From the NCBI RefSeq assembly GCF_009834535.1, contig NC_045697.1, positions 73,348,001-73,412,000 on the forward strand: 64,000 bases of DNA, in the 5' to 3' direction. The stretch is from Camelus ferus. Taxonomy: Eukaryota. A program made the position numbers and the translations under genes. Below are positions 1-14,500 of the stretch, in pieces. Positions within the stretch are counted from its first letter, which is position 1; each line of letters opens with the position of its first letter. The notes beneath the pieces are model-generated. The model did not search any database and was not told the origin of the DNA. It saw only the letters and a list, made by a program, of their open reading frames with translations.

Positions 1-3000
1 CTTATGTCTCAATTTCATTTTCAGATCTCTTTTCTAACTCTTTGCTCTTCTGGTGCCCCTCTCCACCACTCAATTTTTTTATCTGCAATCTTTAGAAAAA
101 GTAAACTTTATAAAATGCCACCTGCGACCAAAGATCATTGTAAGGAAAAAGATAATCACTTCTTTATGCTTGTGAGAACTAAAAAATAATTAGATCATGC
201 AAATATAAGAAAAGCTAAGAGCTAGTTTTCTGGACTATCACAACCTGTCACAAAACAGCACTCTGATGTGTACATATCAGTTTGCATACGTTGAGTCGAG
301 TACGGATCTCCATAAATAAGGATGCAGATAATCCACTGCTGCAGGGGAACAGGGGAAGGGAGAAGATAAGCAGCGATTCACCTTTTAAAAAATATTTCTC
401 TTTTACATTAAGATCTTTGGGATTGAATCCTAAAAATGATTTGTTGGAAAATCCCCAAAAATGTGCGAGAAAATTTAGGAAAACCACTGTGCGTTAACTG
501 GAACAAACTAGCAAGGCATTCACGAGAAACTCAAAGTGAGGTTTCTCTAAGTTTTAGTTCAGGGTTAAAAAAGCAACAAAATGCTCCAGTGTCCCAGAGG
601 CCACACAGAACGGAAGGGGCATATCCAACCTCTGGCCCAATTTCCACTGGGTTCACTGGAAAGTTACTTTAGGCCTAGACTGAGTTCTTTTCAGCCAAGA
701 TGAAGGTAGCAACACTGTTTTCCTATGTAAAATACTGGGTAAAATCAGGGGTCTTGATTAAGTCTGTCCTACTTTGGGGACACATCTTCTCTAATTCGGT
801 TAAGTAATGAGGTCATCTTTGTAAGAGGACTTCTATTTTCAACGGTTTGGGGGTGCTCAGCACCCCAATATTGGGGGTTAAACACCCTGACCAGCTACCT
901 TCTTTATAGATTCATGAGTCACAGCTGGGGAATCACACTCTTGATGAGATTACAATGACTTTTGGGATCTCAGTGATGCTTGCAGAAATCGTTATCCTGA
1001 ATGACAGGGAAGCCAGATTCCCCAGGAAGAGAAGGCAGACGGGGGTAAATACTAGAAGGGAGTTGATCAGCATTGTTTAAGGCAGCCTTCACTGCTCAGA
1101 CAGGTGCAAACGCTGGCAAACAGCAGCCTTGCTCCCAGGAGGCCCGGGCAGGAACCTGCAGCCCCAGCTCTCCTTCCGGTCCTGCTGTAAAGCATGGCGT
1201 TCCAGGGAATTCATCCCTACAGGAGCCAGACCCAGAACAACCTTCAAGTTTAAAGGAATGCCTTCTGTTTTCCTCCGAAATAACTTTAAAAAGCAAATTA
1301 TTGCATAAAATAATTATATAATCCAAGCCTAAGTATATTTCACAATTACCTTTTTAAAAAAATGAATACAAAAATTATCCATATGTCTCTGGCAGAAATC
1401 TATTTCAGTCTGATTTTCATTAAATCAGCAATGAAGAAATAATTAAATGACCTAAAACTAGTAAGAATCCCCAAAGCTGCTACCTTAAGAATTTGAGCGT
1501 AACTTTCTCTTTAGGGACTTGCTAAGCAGTCACGTGAACTGTGGTAGCTCACGCACACAGCTACATACTCTTGTTTAAGATATGTCAAGTCTAGTAAACC
1601 TCACCTCCTCAAAGCTAGACTGCATATCTAGACTTCGATACATATGAAGATATATAGGATTAGCCATTCATGTGTAGCTAAAATGTTGCATATGATAAAT
1701 CGTTCTAGTAAAATGTTGCAGTATTCAAGACTTCAAACAAAACTAATCATTTTGAATAAAGCTAGACATGAGTTTTCAAAGAGCAAATAAGACAACTTGA
1801 TGTTGAAATTTACTTCAGAATGCATAAAAGTTATAAACTGAGATAATACTTATGACATTAGCAAATTCTGTAACTTAAGTTAATTATAGCTTTCCAATAT
1901 TTATTCATGTAGTTTCTAACCCAAAAATCTCAGTGGTTCACCTAGGCCTTCAGAATTCTGCTGTGAAACAGGATGGCTCTGATACAGTACATCCCAAGTG
2001 GAGGTCAGTATTTTGGAGCACCATTATCCTTACACTCATCAAAAAATAATGTCCTGTTTCCCCGTGTACTATTAATTACAGAAACAAATATAACCCAATC
2101 ATTTTCTGATTCCCATATAATGATGGGAAGTGTGCTTTTTCCAACCAAAAGCAAAGCAATATCGAACTGTAGGTAGACAATGCAGCCTCTTATAAACTCT
2201 TTTGAATTTTGTTCTCACTATAAGAAGCCCCACTACAAGTTTCTGAGCATCTAAGTCCTTGAAACTGGAACCTCTCACTGTATTCGATTTACCTTTTTGC
2301 ACCAGAACTTGAAAACCTTAATGATGAATCTCTGAAATTCTGTAATAGGAAGCACATGAATAAATGCAACAACAAAATAGTAGGGCTCATTGTTTGCCTT
2401 TAGCTATTTCGTTCTCTTTTGTTTTGGCTTCCTATGAAACGTTCAAACTTTGGAATATTGTGGATGAACAAAAGGAAAAGGTTCCTGGTGATGAAAAAAA
2501 AATAATTATTTTTCAGATTTGACTCACAAAGAACACTAAAATATCAAGCTAAATAGGTTCTTAATTCTTGTACTGACAAAATTTCAAAAATTGTATCAAA
2601 TATACTGTATATTACTGTGAATGTGAATACAAACAGATTCACATTATTACAAATCTTTGGATGACTAGTAATTATGGTCTAAAATGATACCTAGCAAATG
2701 TTAGAGACTCCCCAAAATGCTTTAGCAAAAGTATTTCTCTATATCCTATTTATAAATAATATATTTAAAAAATCATAATCTAATAACTAGAGTAGAATTA
2801 TCAGCAAGCCCAAGTACAGTATAGGTCAATAAGTTTGAGAGAACAATTAACTTATGATAAATGATAAGCTCATAGTCCAATAATTTACTATTACAATAAC
2901 AAACTTTATACTTTAATAATAATACCTCAATTAAAAATATATGAATTAAAATAAGTATACAGTGCTTCCACTTTTTAAAGCACACTTAACTTACTTTCTC

Positions 3001-5780
3001 TTTCTGTCCTGTTGTCATACATACGTATTATAGATGGGATAGATTAATTTTTCTCATAATTCAGATTCATTCATCATGTAACTGTGTAAGTCTCTGGTAC
3101 ACTCATATCTTATTTGGCCATGATCCAGATATAAACTAAAAACGTTATCAATTACCTCTAACTAGAATATTAGACCCTTTTTTAAAAGGGAGAAAGCACC
3201 AAATAAGTAACTGGATAACTTTTATGATGCAATTATTTGGAGGTCTTAAATATGATTAGAAGGAGCATTCTACTTTTTCAGTTTCCAAACTGACATCTGT
3301 GGCCAGGACTTTGCCGATTAATGCTGGGACTAGCGATGGCTTTTCATTAGTGTTGATTCTCCGTGGATGGTTGCTCCCGCTACTCCTTTGGCCTTGCAAA
3401 CTCAGGGCTCTTCCCCTTCCTCCCCATCCTAAGAGAACACCACCACCCTCCCCATCACCACTGCGAAGGAAAACCCAGCTAACTTTTGTAAATGGAAAGA
3501 TAAGATCATATATTACATTGTAAAGGTGCTAAGTGAAGTCAATATGGTGGTAGAGCCAGTTAGGACAACAAAGGGGGGTGGATGTAGGAGGAAGGAGTGG
3601 GTTGGCAGGAAGGAAGGTAAGAGTTTGACACCAAGATTCAGACTGGCCCAGAAATGGCCAAAATAGGCACTCACTGTTGGCCCTAGCATCTAATCTAACT
3701 ACTTTATTTAGGCAAGTGTCTTGACAAACTCTGTAACTAAAGGTAAAGATATCTTTCCAGTATTTATTCATGTAGTTTCTAACCCAGTGCTATATAGGCT
3801 TGTATTTCAATTACTTTTGGTAAAAACACTTCAAACTACATCCTTCCAACAAAAAAGTAAATTTGTTCTATTATACATGGGTAGCTTAGAGATTAAAATG
3901 TTCTTTGACATATAAAAATAAACTATATAGGAATGATACCAAGGTGAGCAGAAAGAGGAAAAATTTTCAACAATCCACAAATTTAAAAAGTATTTTTAAA
4001 CACTTATTTTATATAGTATTTTAGCAGATGTATAACAGGGAGTGTGAAAGGAAATTAAAAGTAAAATTGAGATTAAAAATGCAAAAATTAGGTTTATAAA
4101 ATCAATACTGTCAAGAAGGATTAAAATATTTAGAGTTCATTTTATCTATATATGTTCATCTGTCTAAATTTTTATGAAAATACATACAAGCATATATGGT
4201 TATATGATAAGTGAATCTGAATATATACATGCATACGTGAATTCATATATACATATATATATGGCAGAGACATAAGCTAAATAATTCTGTTTCCCCTCAA
4301 ATTCACTCCACTAATCCCTGTTGACTGCAACAATACCTTTAGGTGAGACCTTTGCTAATTAGCTATTGAAAAACCATCAGCATTCCTTTCATGAACAAGT
4401 TGTTGGACAATTTTTAAATTTTTGATTATTTTTTAAAGCAGATCTGTCTCCTTCTATTATTGAAGAGAAGAAGAAATATGCAAAATGTGAAGAAATGAGA
4501 GGTCACTTAAAAAAACATTTAGAGGTGACTTTTTAAAAACTATCAAAGCTATGATTTGGACAGCTTCTATCTCATATTCAAATAAAATACAGTAGCTACA
4601 ACTCATCTGTATAAGAAAGTCAAGTTATGGTGCTTTTCTTTGATTATTATAGATCTGAGAACTTGAGAAACATCCATTTTTTTCTCTATTATGTAAAAAG
4701 TGAAAATAAGTTTAATTGATATATTCTCTTGGACTAAGTTCTGCAGCATTTTGAATGTAGTCATTGAACTTCAGTTGCTTCAGAATCTCCTATGACAAAA
4801 ATGTAACCACTGAGACAGACCCAGCTTAGAAACCAAAGCATGTTTTATGCCCATGAATTACTTAAAGGAATTTAGAGAAAATTCCAAACATTTCACGGTC
4901 ATGAGATGTTATCGTCAAAATAATGTACTTGGTTTAAACTATACTTCTGAGAATCACGTGTTGCTTTTGATGTTTCTTTCAAAAAATGTTTTTAATAACT
5001 GCAATGGCCATTACATCAAATCTTTAAATTCACAATCACTCTTTTTGGTCTCTAACCTTAATTTTCTTTTTAAATAATAAAGTTCAAATGTATACAGACA
5101 ACAGCTACAATTTAATCCAGTTACTACATGTTACTTAGCTTTTTAGAAATGTCTTTTAATCTCCCTCATTAAGAGGACATACACTCGTAAGCTGTCTCCA
5201 CTACCATGGTGGCAGAACAGCTGGTTGGTGCTAGACCAAGTCCTCAGGATGCAAATGTCTCCTCGGAAAATGTCTATGTACTCTTTTTCTATATATATCA
5301 TATGCTCTACCTTCATGCAAACACAGTCACAATCACACAGTTAACTAACTAGCAGAGAAAATTAGTAAGCCTAACTTTTTTCAGGCATGAGATTTATAGG
5401 ATGCAGTGAGTAATACTTTTTATCATTTTTCTGGAGTCTTTAATATGCACAATTCTGCATTTTGCAGGAAGTTCTCTGTATAACCACTTAAATATCACAC
5501 TGATATTTTTGAACAATTAGTTGCTTAGAGATGGTGGATGGTCTCTACCTCTCTAGACATCATCATCAATTTTGAGATTAGTTTTCCCATCTTGGCATTT
5601 CTATGTTTCTAAATGCAGACCTGAGCAAATTACCCTTAAAGAGAAATTAGGAGAAAAAAAATTAGTTCGTTTGCATGAAACTATTTTTCCCCCATGGTAA
5701 ATGAAAAGAAACAATGCTGAGTGGTTCTGGTGAATCTAAACCCAGACCCATGGCATCTTTAAAAAAAAAAAAGATTTGAG

Positions 5781-5940
5781 GTGGAGAGGGGATAGTTCAG
5801 TGGTAGAGCACTTGCTCAGCATGCATGAAGTCCTGGGTTCAATTCCCAGTACCCCCTCTAAAATAAATGAATAGATAAATAAAAACCTAATTACCTTCCC
5901 CCACAAATTTTTTTAAAAAAGAAAAAAATTCTTTAAAAAA
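5781..5940 (+). mobile_element. tRNA-derived SINE (camelid Vic-1-like)
   Basis: A box TAGTTCAGTGG, B box GGTTCAATTCC, body ...aaacctaattaccttcccc, A-rich tail; near-TSD aaaaaagatttgagg / aaaaaatttttgagg. Confidence 0.85.
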
Positions 5941-6573
5941 TTTTTGAGGCATTAACCATTTTTTACTAATTTCTTATTTAAAACCTTAAGCATGACAGTC
6001 CCTTCTGCCAACATGCTCCTTTCTTATTTCCCTTTAATCTTTAACACTACAGTCTGCCCACCCGCCTTCCCTCCCTCCCTTCTTCTCTTCCTTCAAGTCT
6101 TTCTTTCAATATAGCCCTTTCTCCTGTTCAGGTCATAGAAGAGTTTCCAGTACTCTGAATAACAACTATACTGTAGATTCTCAGTATGTTCAAATTTCAA
6201 GGCAAGTATTCCTTTTTCTTTTCTTATTCCTTGAAAAGTTCTGGAATACCAAAAGAACCGTTAATACTACACTACATAACCACATGAGGTGGCCAAGTGG
6301 AGGTCACAGAGAGCAGTCCGTATTTCTTATCTAAATTTGGGATGAATGAAGGGATCCCAAGGCTTTTAAATAGGTGTGAGATTGCTTCCAGAGTTTTCTA
6401 AAATTACCATTATATCATTTTAAATGTGTCCATTTTTTGGACTGAGAATTAAGAATGTAAGTAGGTAACTAACTATCTTGGATGAGGGACTAAGATGTAG
6501 AGCTAGGGAGTTAATATGGATATTTTAAAAAGGCAGTGAGAAAAAAAGAAATGTTTGAGCTCCTTAAGCCAGG

Positions 6574-6576
<3 letters not shown>

Positions 6577-6640
<64 letters not shown>

Positions 6641-6641
6641 T
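6577..6641. repeat. (TG)n microsatellite
   Basis: Direct observation. Confidence 0.97.
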
Positions 6642-6918
6642 ATCCACAGCATTTACGACAAATCTTTGAAAATAAGAGTTCCTCCCTAAAGATCTGCTAA
6701 ACTGAATTGAATTTTTCAAGGGCTTGCCATGTGCTTAGTATATACCATAAACTCATGAATATACCCCATAGGTATAGACCTGCCTAGGAGAAGTAAAGAC
6801 ACACTATTTACAGAAACACTGACATTTTACTCTTTATCTTATTAACATTGTTCCACTTACAAATATAATTTCCTTCCTCATTACAGATTTGTTCAATAGT
6901 GTTGTTGCTGTCACTAAA

Positions 6919-7221
6919 CTAGTGTTTTTCAAACTTTTTTTGACTGCAACCAACAGTTAGAAGTACATTTTACATAGCAGCCTAGTACATGCATACACAT
7001 ACATTTATGTATACATACACAACTGAAACAATATGTACTCTTACTACATGTGATGCATTCATATATTTTCTGTTCCACTCTATTCGATTCTACTTTCTAA
7101 AAATCCCGACGGCATTGTAAACTGACTATAACTCAATAAAAAAATAAAAATAAAAATCCTGATGGTAAGCCAACACTCATGGACCACTAGTGTGTTATCA
7201 TCTGCAGTTTGAAAAACATAG
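6919..7221. mobile_element. hAT-Charlie-type non-autonomous DNA transposon (MER-like)
   Basis: Terminal inverted repeats ctagtgtttttcaaact (6919-6935) and agtttgaaaaacatag (7206-7221). Confidence 0.7.
7113..7150 (+). mobile_element. 38-bp extreme 3' L1 fragment with 15-bp TSD
   Basis: cattgtaaactgactataactcaataaa plus A tail, resembling the L1 3' end at ~40735-40760; flanked by taaaaatcccgacgg / taaaaatcctgatgg. Confidence 0.75.
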
Positions 7222-8734
7222 CTTCAGGACATACAAATAACACACACATGTAAAGAGAATCACATAAGGAAAATCCAAAACCAGTCCACTTCGTAACTCA
7301 TTTAACTCCATAGACAGCAGCCTCATATAGAAGATCCAGTATGTATATCCTTTGGAATCTCAAAAGCCCAGTGTTCTACTTCGTTTTTCATGAATGAAAA
7401 TTAGGCACACCAAGCATTTAGCATTTGCCAGAAGATTCCACATCTCATTTCCAGTACAAATGAAAATGTTATCTCTTTTCCTTATTCTCAACTCCGTTAA
7501 AACCATCACTGATCTCATTTAACCTATAAATAAGAACATTTCCCATAGAGAAGCCTTTCCTCAGCTCAGTTATTTTTCTATCACTGATCCACCATTGCTC
7601 ATAATCATCATTTCCACACAATTAAATTCATCTAATCTATTCTTCCCCAAATTTATTTCACCTCTTTTCACTCTGTAAAGTTTTAGAGAAAATATATCTT
7701 CTCCTGAGTTTGCCAGATTTGCTGACAGACACAGGAATGCCCGCGACTCTTCCTGATCTATACACATTTACCCCATTCTCTTCTCGTCCTACTTGATCTC
7801 TGTCCTTTTAATACTATCAATCATTCAGGGTGTGTTTTTTTTTTTTAAGTCCTTGAGCAAGAAACAGCTCTTTCAGCACAGTTTTCTCCACAGTTGGACA
7901 CTTTCCTTCCCTTCCTCCAGAATGCTCTCTGAAATATGAATTTAGATGAAGATGAGACCCAAATGAGATCCCATTTTCCACCCTTCTTGAAGGTATTCTT
8001 TTAGTTACACTTTGGAATAATTCTACCAAATGTTTCAAAGGCAAAAGTAAATATAATACCATCAGCTATAGCACAATCTGTTTTTTCTTGTCTCTAATTC
8101 AGCGGACACTTCACTGAACTTGAGACTCAGCCTTGACTCCCAAACCAAACGTATTGAGTCAAGTCATGAAAATATTCTCTCTCCCCTGGATAGTTTCCAT
8201 TCTCTGCAAAACTTCTGTAATTGATGAAGCGAAGCAGACATCCATACTCTGCCTTAACAAAGCTCCTTCTAGACGCTGCATAGCATCCTGGCTTGAATAC
8301 CCCTTTCTCCTTTGTTTCTAATGTTTTCTTGGTTAGGATTCCAAATCTTTCAGGGCTATCATTATTTTCTCCCAGAAACCCACCAGCCTCTTCTCTTATT
8401 GCTCACTTTCTTTATTCATAAAAACTCTCTTTTTATTACAAGGAAAAAAGAAAAGAAAGCTCTGCATAGTCACTTTGGTTTTTTGTCTCAAAATGTATAT
8501 CTACCTGTTTTATTTCCTACACTCATACACACTCCCCTATTTTCCAAAATGAAAGTAATGCTACAATTTTCCAATATTTGTTACATATGTTCTCCAACCA
8601 GAATTCATGATAAGTATTTAATCATTTCTTATAGTGATTTTCCCAAACTCAGTAATGCACATTTAGTATAACTCCTTGTGTCTGTCCAAATAAAAGAAAC
8701 ATAAGCCAAACAAAGGTACTGAGTTAGTAAAGTG

Positions 8735-8737
<3 letters not shown>

Positions 8738-8767
<30 letters not shown>
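8738..8767. repeat. (CA)n microsatellite
   Basis: Direct observation. Confidence 0.95.
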
Positions 8768-8768
<1 letters not shown>

Positions 8769-9559
8769 CCTATTAAAGGATACAAAAATTAACAGTAGTG
8801 GTGTGCCTCTGGTGAGGAAGGAGGAAGAGCACTAAATTATCAGCACACTGACCAACGTCACTAGGTCATCCGGGCAGTTTTCCCAGGAATTTGACAACAC
8901 AGGTACAAGAACAAGGGAAACTTGTTTATCAGGTTTATCTCTTCCCAAGTGAAATCAAGCCAGATCTTTGGCGACCTGGATAATTAAAACAAATATTCAG
9001 AAAACTCAAGCCACAAAATAGTCTACTTGGGCTTTAGTTTCTCAAAACTATAAGTAACCTGTTGGTGTATTGAATTATCTGTAAATATAATTGTTTTCTT
9101 CTCTACTCTTTATTAATGACTAAATTAGGACCAAGATATCATACAGCATCTTTCAGTACACAAAAACATTACCCTATATACAATATTAAAAAGCTGTAAT
9201 GTAGGTAGATACTACTATGTCCCTTTCACAGTTGAGGAAGTCAAGTTCAGAGAAGTTATGCTGATGTCCCTAACATTGTTCAACCAGTAAGTTACTTGAA
9301 CTAGTGGCTCCTCCCACAACCCATCACTTAAATGTGGCCACGTGGCCCAAATATAATTTTTAATTATAAAAGAAACAAAAAGGCCAGAAACTAGTACTCT
9401 GCTTTCTAAATATAATTTATATATGGTTTTATATCAGCCAAAGAAATACATCTTCAGTATTAGTTCTTTGAAAATCAGCTATTTGCTTTGCCAATTTCTC
9501 TTCAACAAGAAATGCAATGTGAAATAGGTAGGTCAAATATTAAAAAAATAGAAAAATGA

Positions 9560-9800
9560 TTAAATGGATACCCATTACTACATATAAAACAGATAAACAA
9601 CAAGGACCTACTGTATAACTATATTCAGTCTTTTGTAATAACATATGATGGAAAAGAATCTGAAAAGTAAAAGTATGTATGTATGTATACGTATAACTGA
9701 ATTGCTGTGCTGTACTCCTGAAACTAACACTATAAATCAACTACATGTCAATAAACAATAAAAATAATTGAAATTAAAAAAAAGAAAAACAGAAAAAATT
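9560..9800 (+). mobile_element. L1 3' UTR fragment
   Basis: ataaacaacaaggacctactgtata...tgtactcctgaaactaacac...aataaa plus poly-A; homologous to the copies at 39200 and 40546. Confidence 0.85.
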
Positions 9801-11427
9801 TAACAGGCTCACTCTCTTACCTGGCTATGGATACTTATGCTCTTAAAATAAATGAAGAGAAAGCCCCGAAGTTTCACAGAGGAAAAAATATTTCTCATAA
9901 TGTTTTAGAGTAGAAGTTAACAAGCCTGCTGGGATCCTTTTAGCCCCTGCAGAGCTAAGTCTTCAACATTATTAAATGGTTGTCGCATCTGAAGTATGGT
10001 GCAACATAACTCAATAAACAACAGAAAACATATGATGCTGAATGGAGGCAGGCTTTTCAATTACCCTGCAGAATAATTCAATTTCAGGACAGGTGTTTGC
10101 ATATGATGGAACCAGACATGACTGAAGGATAAAGCCACCCGTGTGCCCTTCCCCCCAATATTTTAAAACTCCGAAGGATAACAGCTGAATGCTAGATGAA
10201 AGAAGTATGCTAAGAATCAGCAGAAAGCACTGCAGCGCAAGTAAAGGAATCAAGTTATGCATGCACAAAATCCTCAAAATTTGCACTGGTCAAACCAAAA
10301 AAACTATTTTCTTAAAAACAAGTTTTCGTAAAATATGGTATTTTTCTAGTGTGCTCTACACCCCCAGCCAAGATCATCTGACATTCTAATCAGTGCCTGA
10401 GAAAAACCACACTTATAGAAAGGAAAGATTTTATCATTATTTGGGGTTCATTTTTGTTCTTTAAAAACTAATCTAAAAATAAGAGGAAAACTAAAAGAGA
10501 AGTAGTCCCTTCTCCCACTTGCATATTTACATAGCTCTTTCAATAAATCCTGAATCTAACCTATTAATTTACTCAGATATTTTATATGATGAACAAATTT
10601 ATTTTTTAATATTTTGCATAATATGAATAAAAATAAATGTAAGACACTGAAGCATATCCACTCTTGTGAAACTTATTGGATGGCCGGACATTTTGCTACA
10701 CTTTTTCAAAGCAGGTTTGGTAAAAGCAAACTACATATTCAGGCAATCTGACCAACTGAGATTGAACTTAAGTAAGAGCACTAACTACCTCAGAAGAGTT
10801 TTTTAAAACATACCTCAACCTATTCCTGGGGTACATGTCAACAGTTTTTTTGTTTAATGTTTGTATCCAGAAGGAATATTCTACCAGTGTTCCTAGGGTC
10901 ACCATGATACAGATCTTCAATCTCCAAACTTGTACACGAGAGCAAATATGGATGAAATGCCCATCTTTTTTTCATACATCTTTCAATTTTCAGTCTGACT
11001 ATTTTATTAAATTGCCCTGTATTTGTCAATCTGTAAACTCGAACTGAGCAAAAATCTTAACTATTCACCCAAGAAAACAGTTGACTAAGACTAACCAAAA
11101 TATGTAGCAATGCTTCAGTAATCAATTCAGTATAAAGTTTAAAAATCAAGTACCTTTTATTTCCTTCATCACTAGATACACTTTCCATTCTCATTTAAAA
11201 ATATCCAAATATTTTTATGTGATTAAAGTCTAAAGTTTGTTATTTTGCTCTGTTCTTATTGGCTTTCTGATTATTTGTATTTTGTTTGATGATGGTTGAA
11301 TTTCAAACAGATACTCTTATAGGATAATTTACAAATACTTTTAATTGCTCTTACTTTACTATTCCTAATAGCCATCCAAAAGATTGCTTAGAATTTACAT
11401 GTTTGGATGGGAAGGCGCATTATTTTC

Positions 11428-11570
11428 TTTTTTTTTTTTTTAATTTATTTTTTGGGGGGAGGTAATTAGGTTTATTTATTTATTTATTCTTAGAGGAGGT
11501 ACTGGGGATTGAACCCAGGACCTCATGCACGCTAAGGATGCGCTCTACCGCTTGAGCTATACCCTCCCCC
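11428..11570 (-). mobile_element. tRNA-derived SINE (camelid Vic-1-like)
   Basis: Minus strand GGGGGAGGGTATAGCTCAAGCGGTAGAGCG...GGGTTCAATCCCCAGTACC plus poly-A; perfect TSD gcattattttc at 11417-11427 and 11573-11583. Confidence 0.9.
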
Positions 11571-14500
11571 GGGCATTATTTTCATTTAGGAATTATTTTA
11601 AAATGTGTGGTTCTTTTAAAAGCAACTTTGACTATCTTGTATTAAATCTAGTGATGGAAAAAGAATCTCACTGGACCTGTATTACACTTTGATGCCTTGG
11701 CTACAAATCTATTTTGTGACTTTAGTCAAAGCTGAACTTTTCTGAGCATTTTACTTATCATTTAGGAAATTCATGATCTTTTCTCTATGTTATTTCTTTA
11801 TTACATTCCAGTGTTAATATACTATCTTTTTTTTTGAACTTACTGAAAAGTTTTCTCTTTCCTTTTGACAGTTACATATTTGCATCTTCAGATTAAAACA
11901 AAATTTATATTTTTATACTGGCATGTTTTTGATTCTTGAAACTGAAAATGGAAATCTCATTGTCGAATTCTGATATAACATAACACCTTGGTAGATGTTT
12001 CAATTTAAGATATGAAACATTTGTATTTTACCTATAATTTTTTTTATCACTCAACTTCAAAAACTTATGCCATGTTTTAATTATTGACTCCTTTCATTAT
12101 TTAACTATACAGATTCTGAGTGTGAGTGACACACCTTATTTTATATATGGTCTACAAATGAATTCCTTAGGGAAGCAGGTGCCACCTTCCCACACAAATT
12201 GCTGAGAACGCTTTGTCCAGAACTTTACAATCACCATTTGCGTGGCTGAGACACTTGGAACTTAACTTCATGAGTATGAAACGTGTTCCTCCTCCCTTAA
12301 AACATTCTCCTAAATCAAGGTATCAAGTGTGCGGCAACATTTGAATGTTTTCCACCAGCCCCCTTAGAAGCTCAACTTAACTCGCAGAAAATTATTTTGG
12401 ACCTGTACCTTCCGAAGATAAATTTTAAAAAGCAAGAAAAGAAAAGAAAGAGAAGCAGATTATCCTTCCTGACTTTCCAGTTTCTCAGCCTCTTCACCTA
12501 ATGTGCCTCTTTCAAGTCCCTCCTCCAGCTCCTGGCAAGCCTGGGAGGTGGTGGTGTGCACCGTGCAGCAGAGCCAGAGGGTGGGGGCGGGGAACTCTCC
12601 CGAGGCGCTGCTTACTAATGTAATTCCATAAATCAGCTAATGGGAGAGAAACCAGATCTGTGTGGTCTCTAATGCTGTCCCACAGAGATCAATCATGTCA
12701 CCTGAACAATGTTCAGGGACTAAGAGGCTGGGGTTGCCCACGGGACTATTTTATCCCTTGAGTCATATCAGGTTGAGATATTTTAAAAAGTTAGATCTTA
12801 GTATCAGAAATGTAACTGCTGTGAATATAAAAACTAAAAGATTACCTTGGTATGAGACAACAGTCCACTATATAACTTATTATAATATATAATCACTTTT
12901 CTTAAAATACTGGGAACTTAGTATTGATCATTTAGGATACAAATTTTTAAGATAAGTTTTGTCCTACAGGGACATACAGCATTTGTAACTGCTTTGAATA
13001 ATTACTGATAATGTTTAATATAGTAATTAATAAATGAATAGTGTGTTACATGCAAATATATGGTGTATAATATCATAGAAAACTAAATTTGTTTTATGTG
13101 CACTGTTACCATATGGAATATTATAAAGGGGTAACTTTATAAACATATTCCTAAAGAATTAAGATGCTCTTAACATGAGACTAAGCAGGAAAATGTGGAA
13201 ATAAGTAAAGTAGTTTTAAAAGGAATGCCAGAGGGGAGACTTTAAAAAAAAAATGTGGGCAAGAATCCCAACACATCCAAGTGAGTCTGTCTTAATTTCT
13301 GTTTACTCACCCTGAAAATCTGATTATGCCTCCAGTCTTTGGCATGAGAATAAGCCAAAGGGAAGAAGGGCACATGGGGTCTGAAGTGATAAATAAGAAC
13401 ACTAGTAATGACTATAATCCAGATATTAATTGGTGTCCATGATTTAAAGCCAACAAATATTAGCTACTAAACTCACACCTGAAATCCACAGGTAATGTCC
13501 ATAATGAACCCACAAATCACTATCCTCAACTAGGGAGTCTATCCAACATCTACAGCACCGCCACAGATGATGATAAGTTACAGAAACCAAATTAGAGAGG
13601 GAAGCGGGTCAGCAGGGGGACGTTTCACCCTCCCGCAACCACTGTTCCAGCTTTGGTTCAGTCATGTAAACCCTGTCACTCTGACACACGTCCAGCTGGT
13701 TTCCTACAACCATAACTGTGTGGTTACACATGTGCTTAAGGCAATCATGTTGCCTTTGCCTTTTAAAAATGACCTAGATAGAATCTTAGCCAATTAAAGA
13801 AGAAAAAAAAAAACTTTCTTTCTTTCTGCCAAATTGCATTCCACTAATAACCTTAGCCTTGAACCAAGCACAATTCTCTGTGAGGAAGGGGTGTATAGTT
13901 AGGGGGACATCTTCAGAAAGCTCTACAAAGAGGAAATGTGTTTCCCCTCCCATCCATAGCCCACTTTCTGAAGATCAGCAGAACTTTTTACACGTGATTT
14001 TTAAAAAAGAAGAAAAGGTAACACCATGGGATTTCTGTGATTAAAAAGCCTAAGGAATTTAAACATCACAAAAGGTTTGTGGGAAAACTATTAAGAGGAA
14101 GAAAGAAGGAAACTTATGAAACTTGTTTAGACTATACATCAGCATAGAAACTTAGGCAGAAAATCTACTGGTACTCACATTAAACTCTTTCAGAGAGGTT
14201 GCTTACTGAATAAGTCAGAATTATTGAATGGTCCTATCCACTACATATTCTAAACTGGGACGCAGGTAATGCATGGGTCTAAAGATAAGGGTTACTTAGC
14301 AACACCAAATCGATAATTCTAGACACTACAATTCAAGAGGGAAAAAAAAAAAGCCATGTAGTCCTTATCAACTGGGCATTAACAGGAGGTTTTAGTATGA
14401 ACTGAAATTTAATTTCCGATGGGCCTTAGAGGCATACAAAAGTCACATAAATTAATCCAGAAAAGATCATTCAAAAACAAAAACTAATTTTTGTCACCTA

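Noticed and set aside
11490..11570. tRNA-like sequences (also 5781, 34100, 25400)
   Set aside because: SINE heads with tails and TSDs, not functional tRNA genes.
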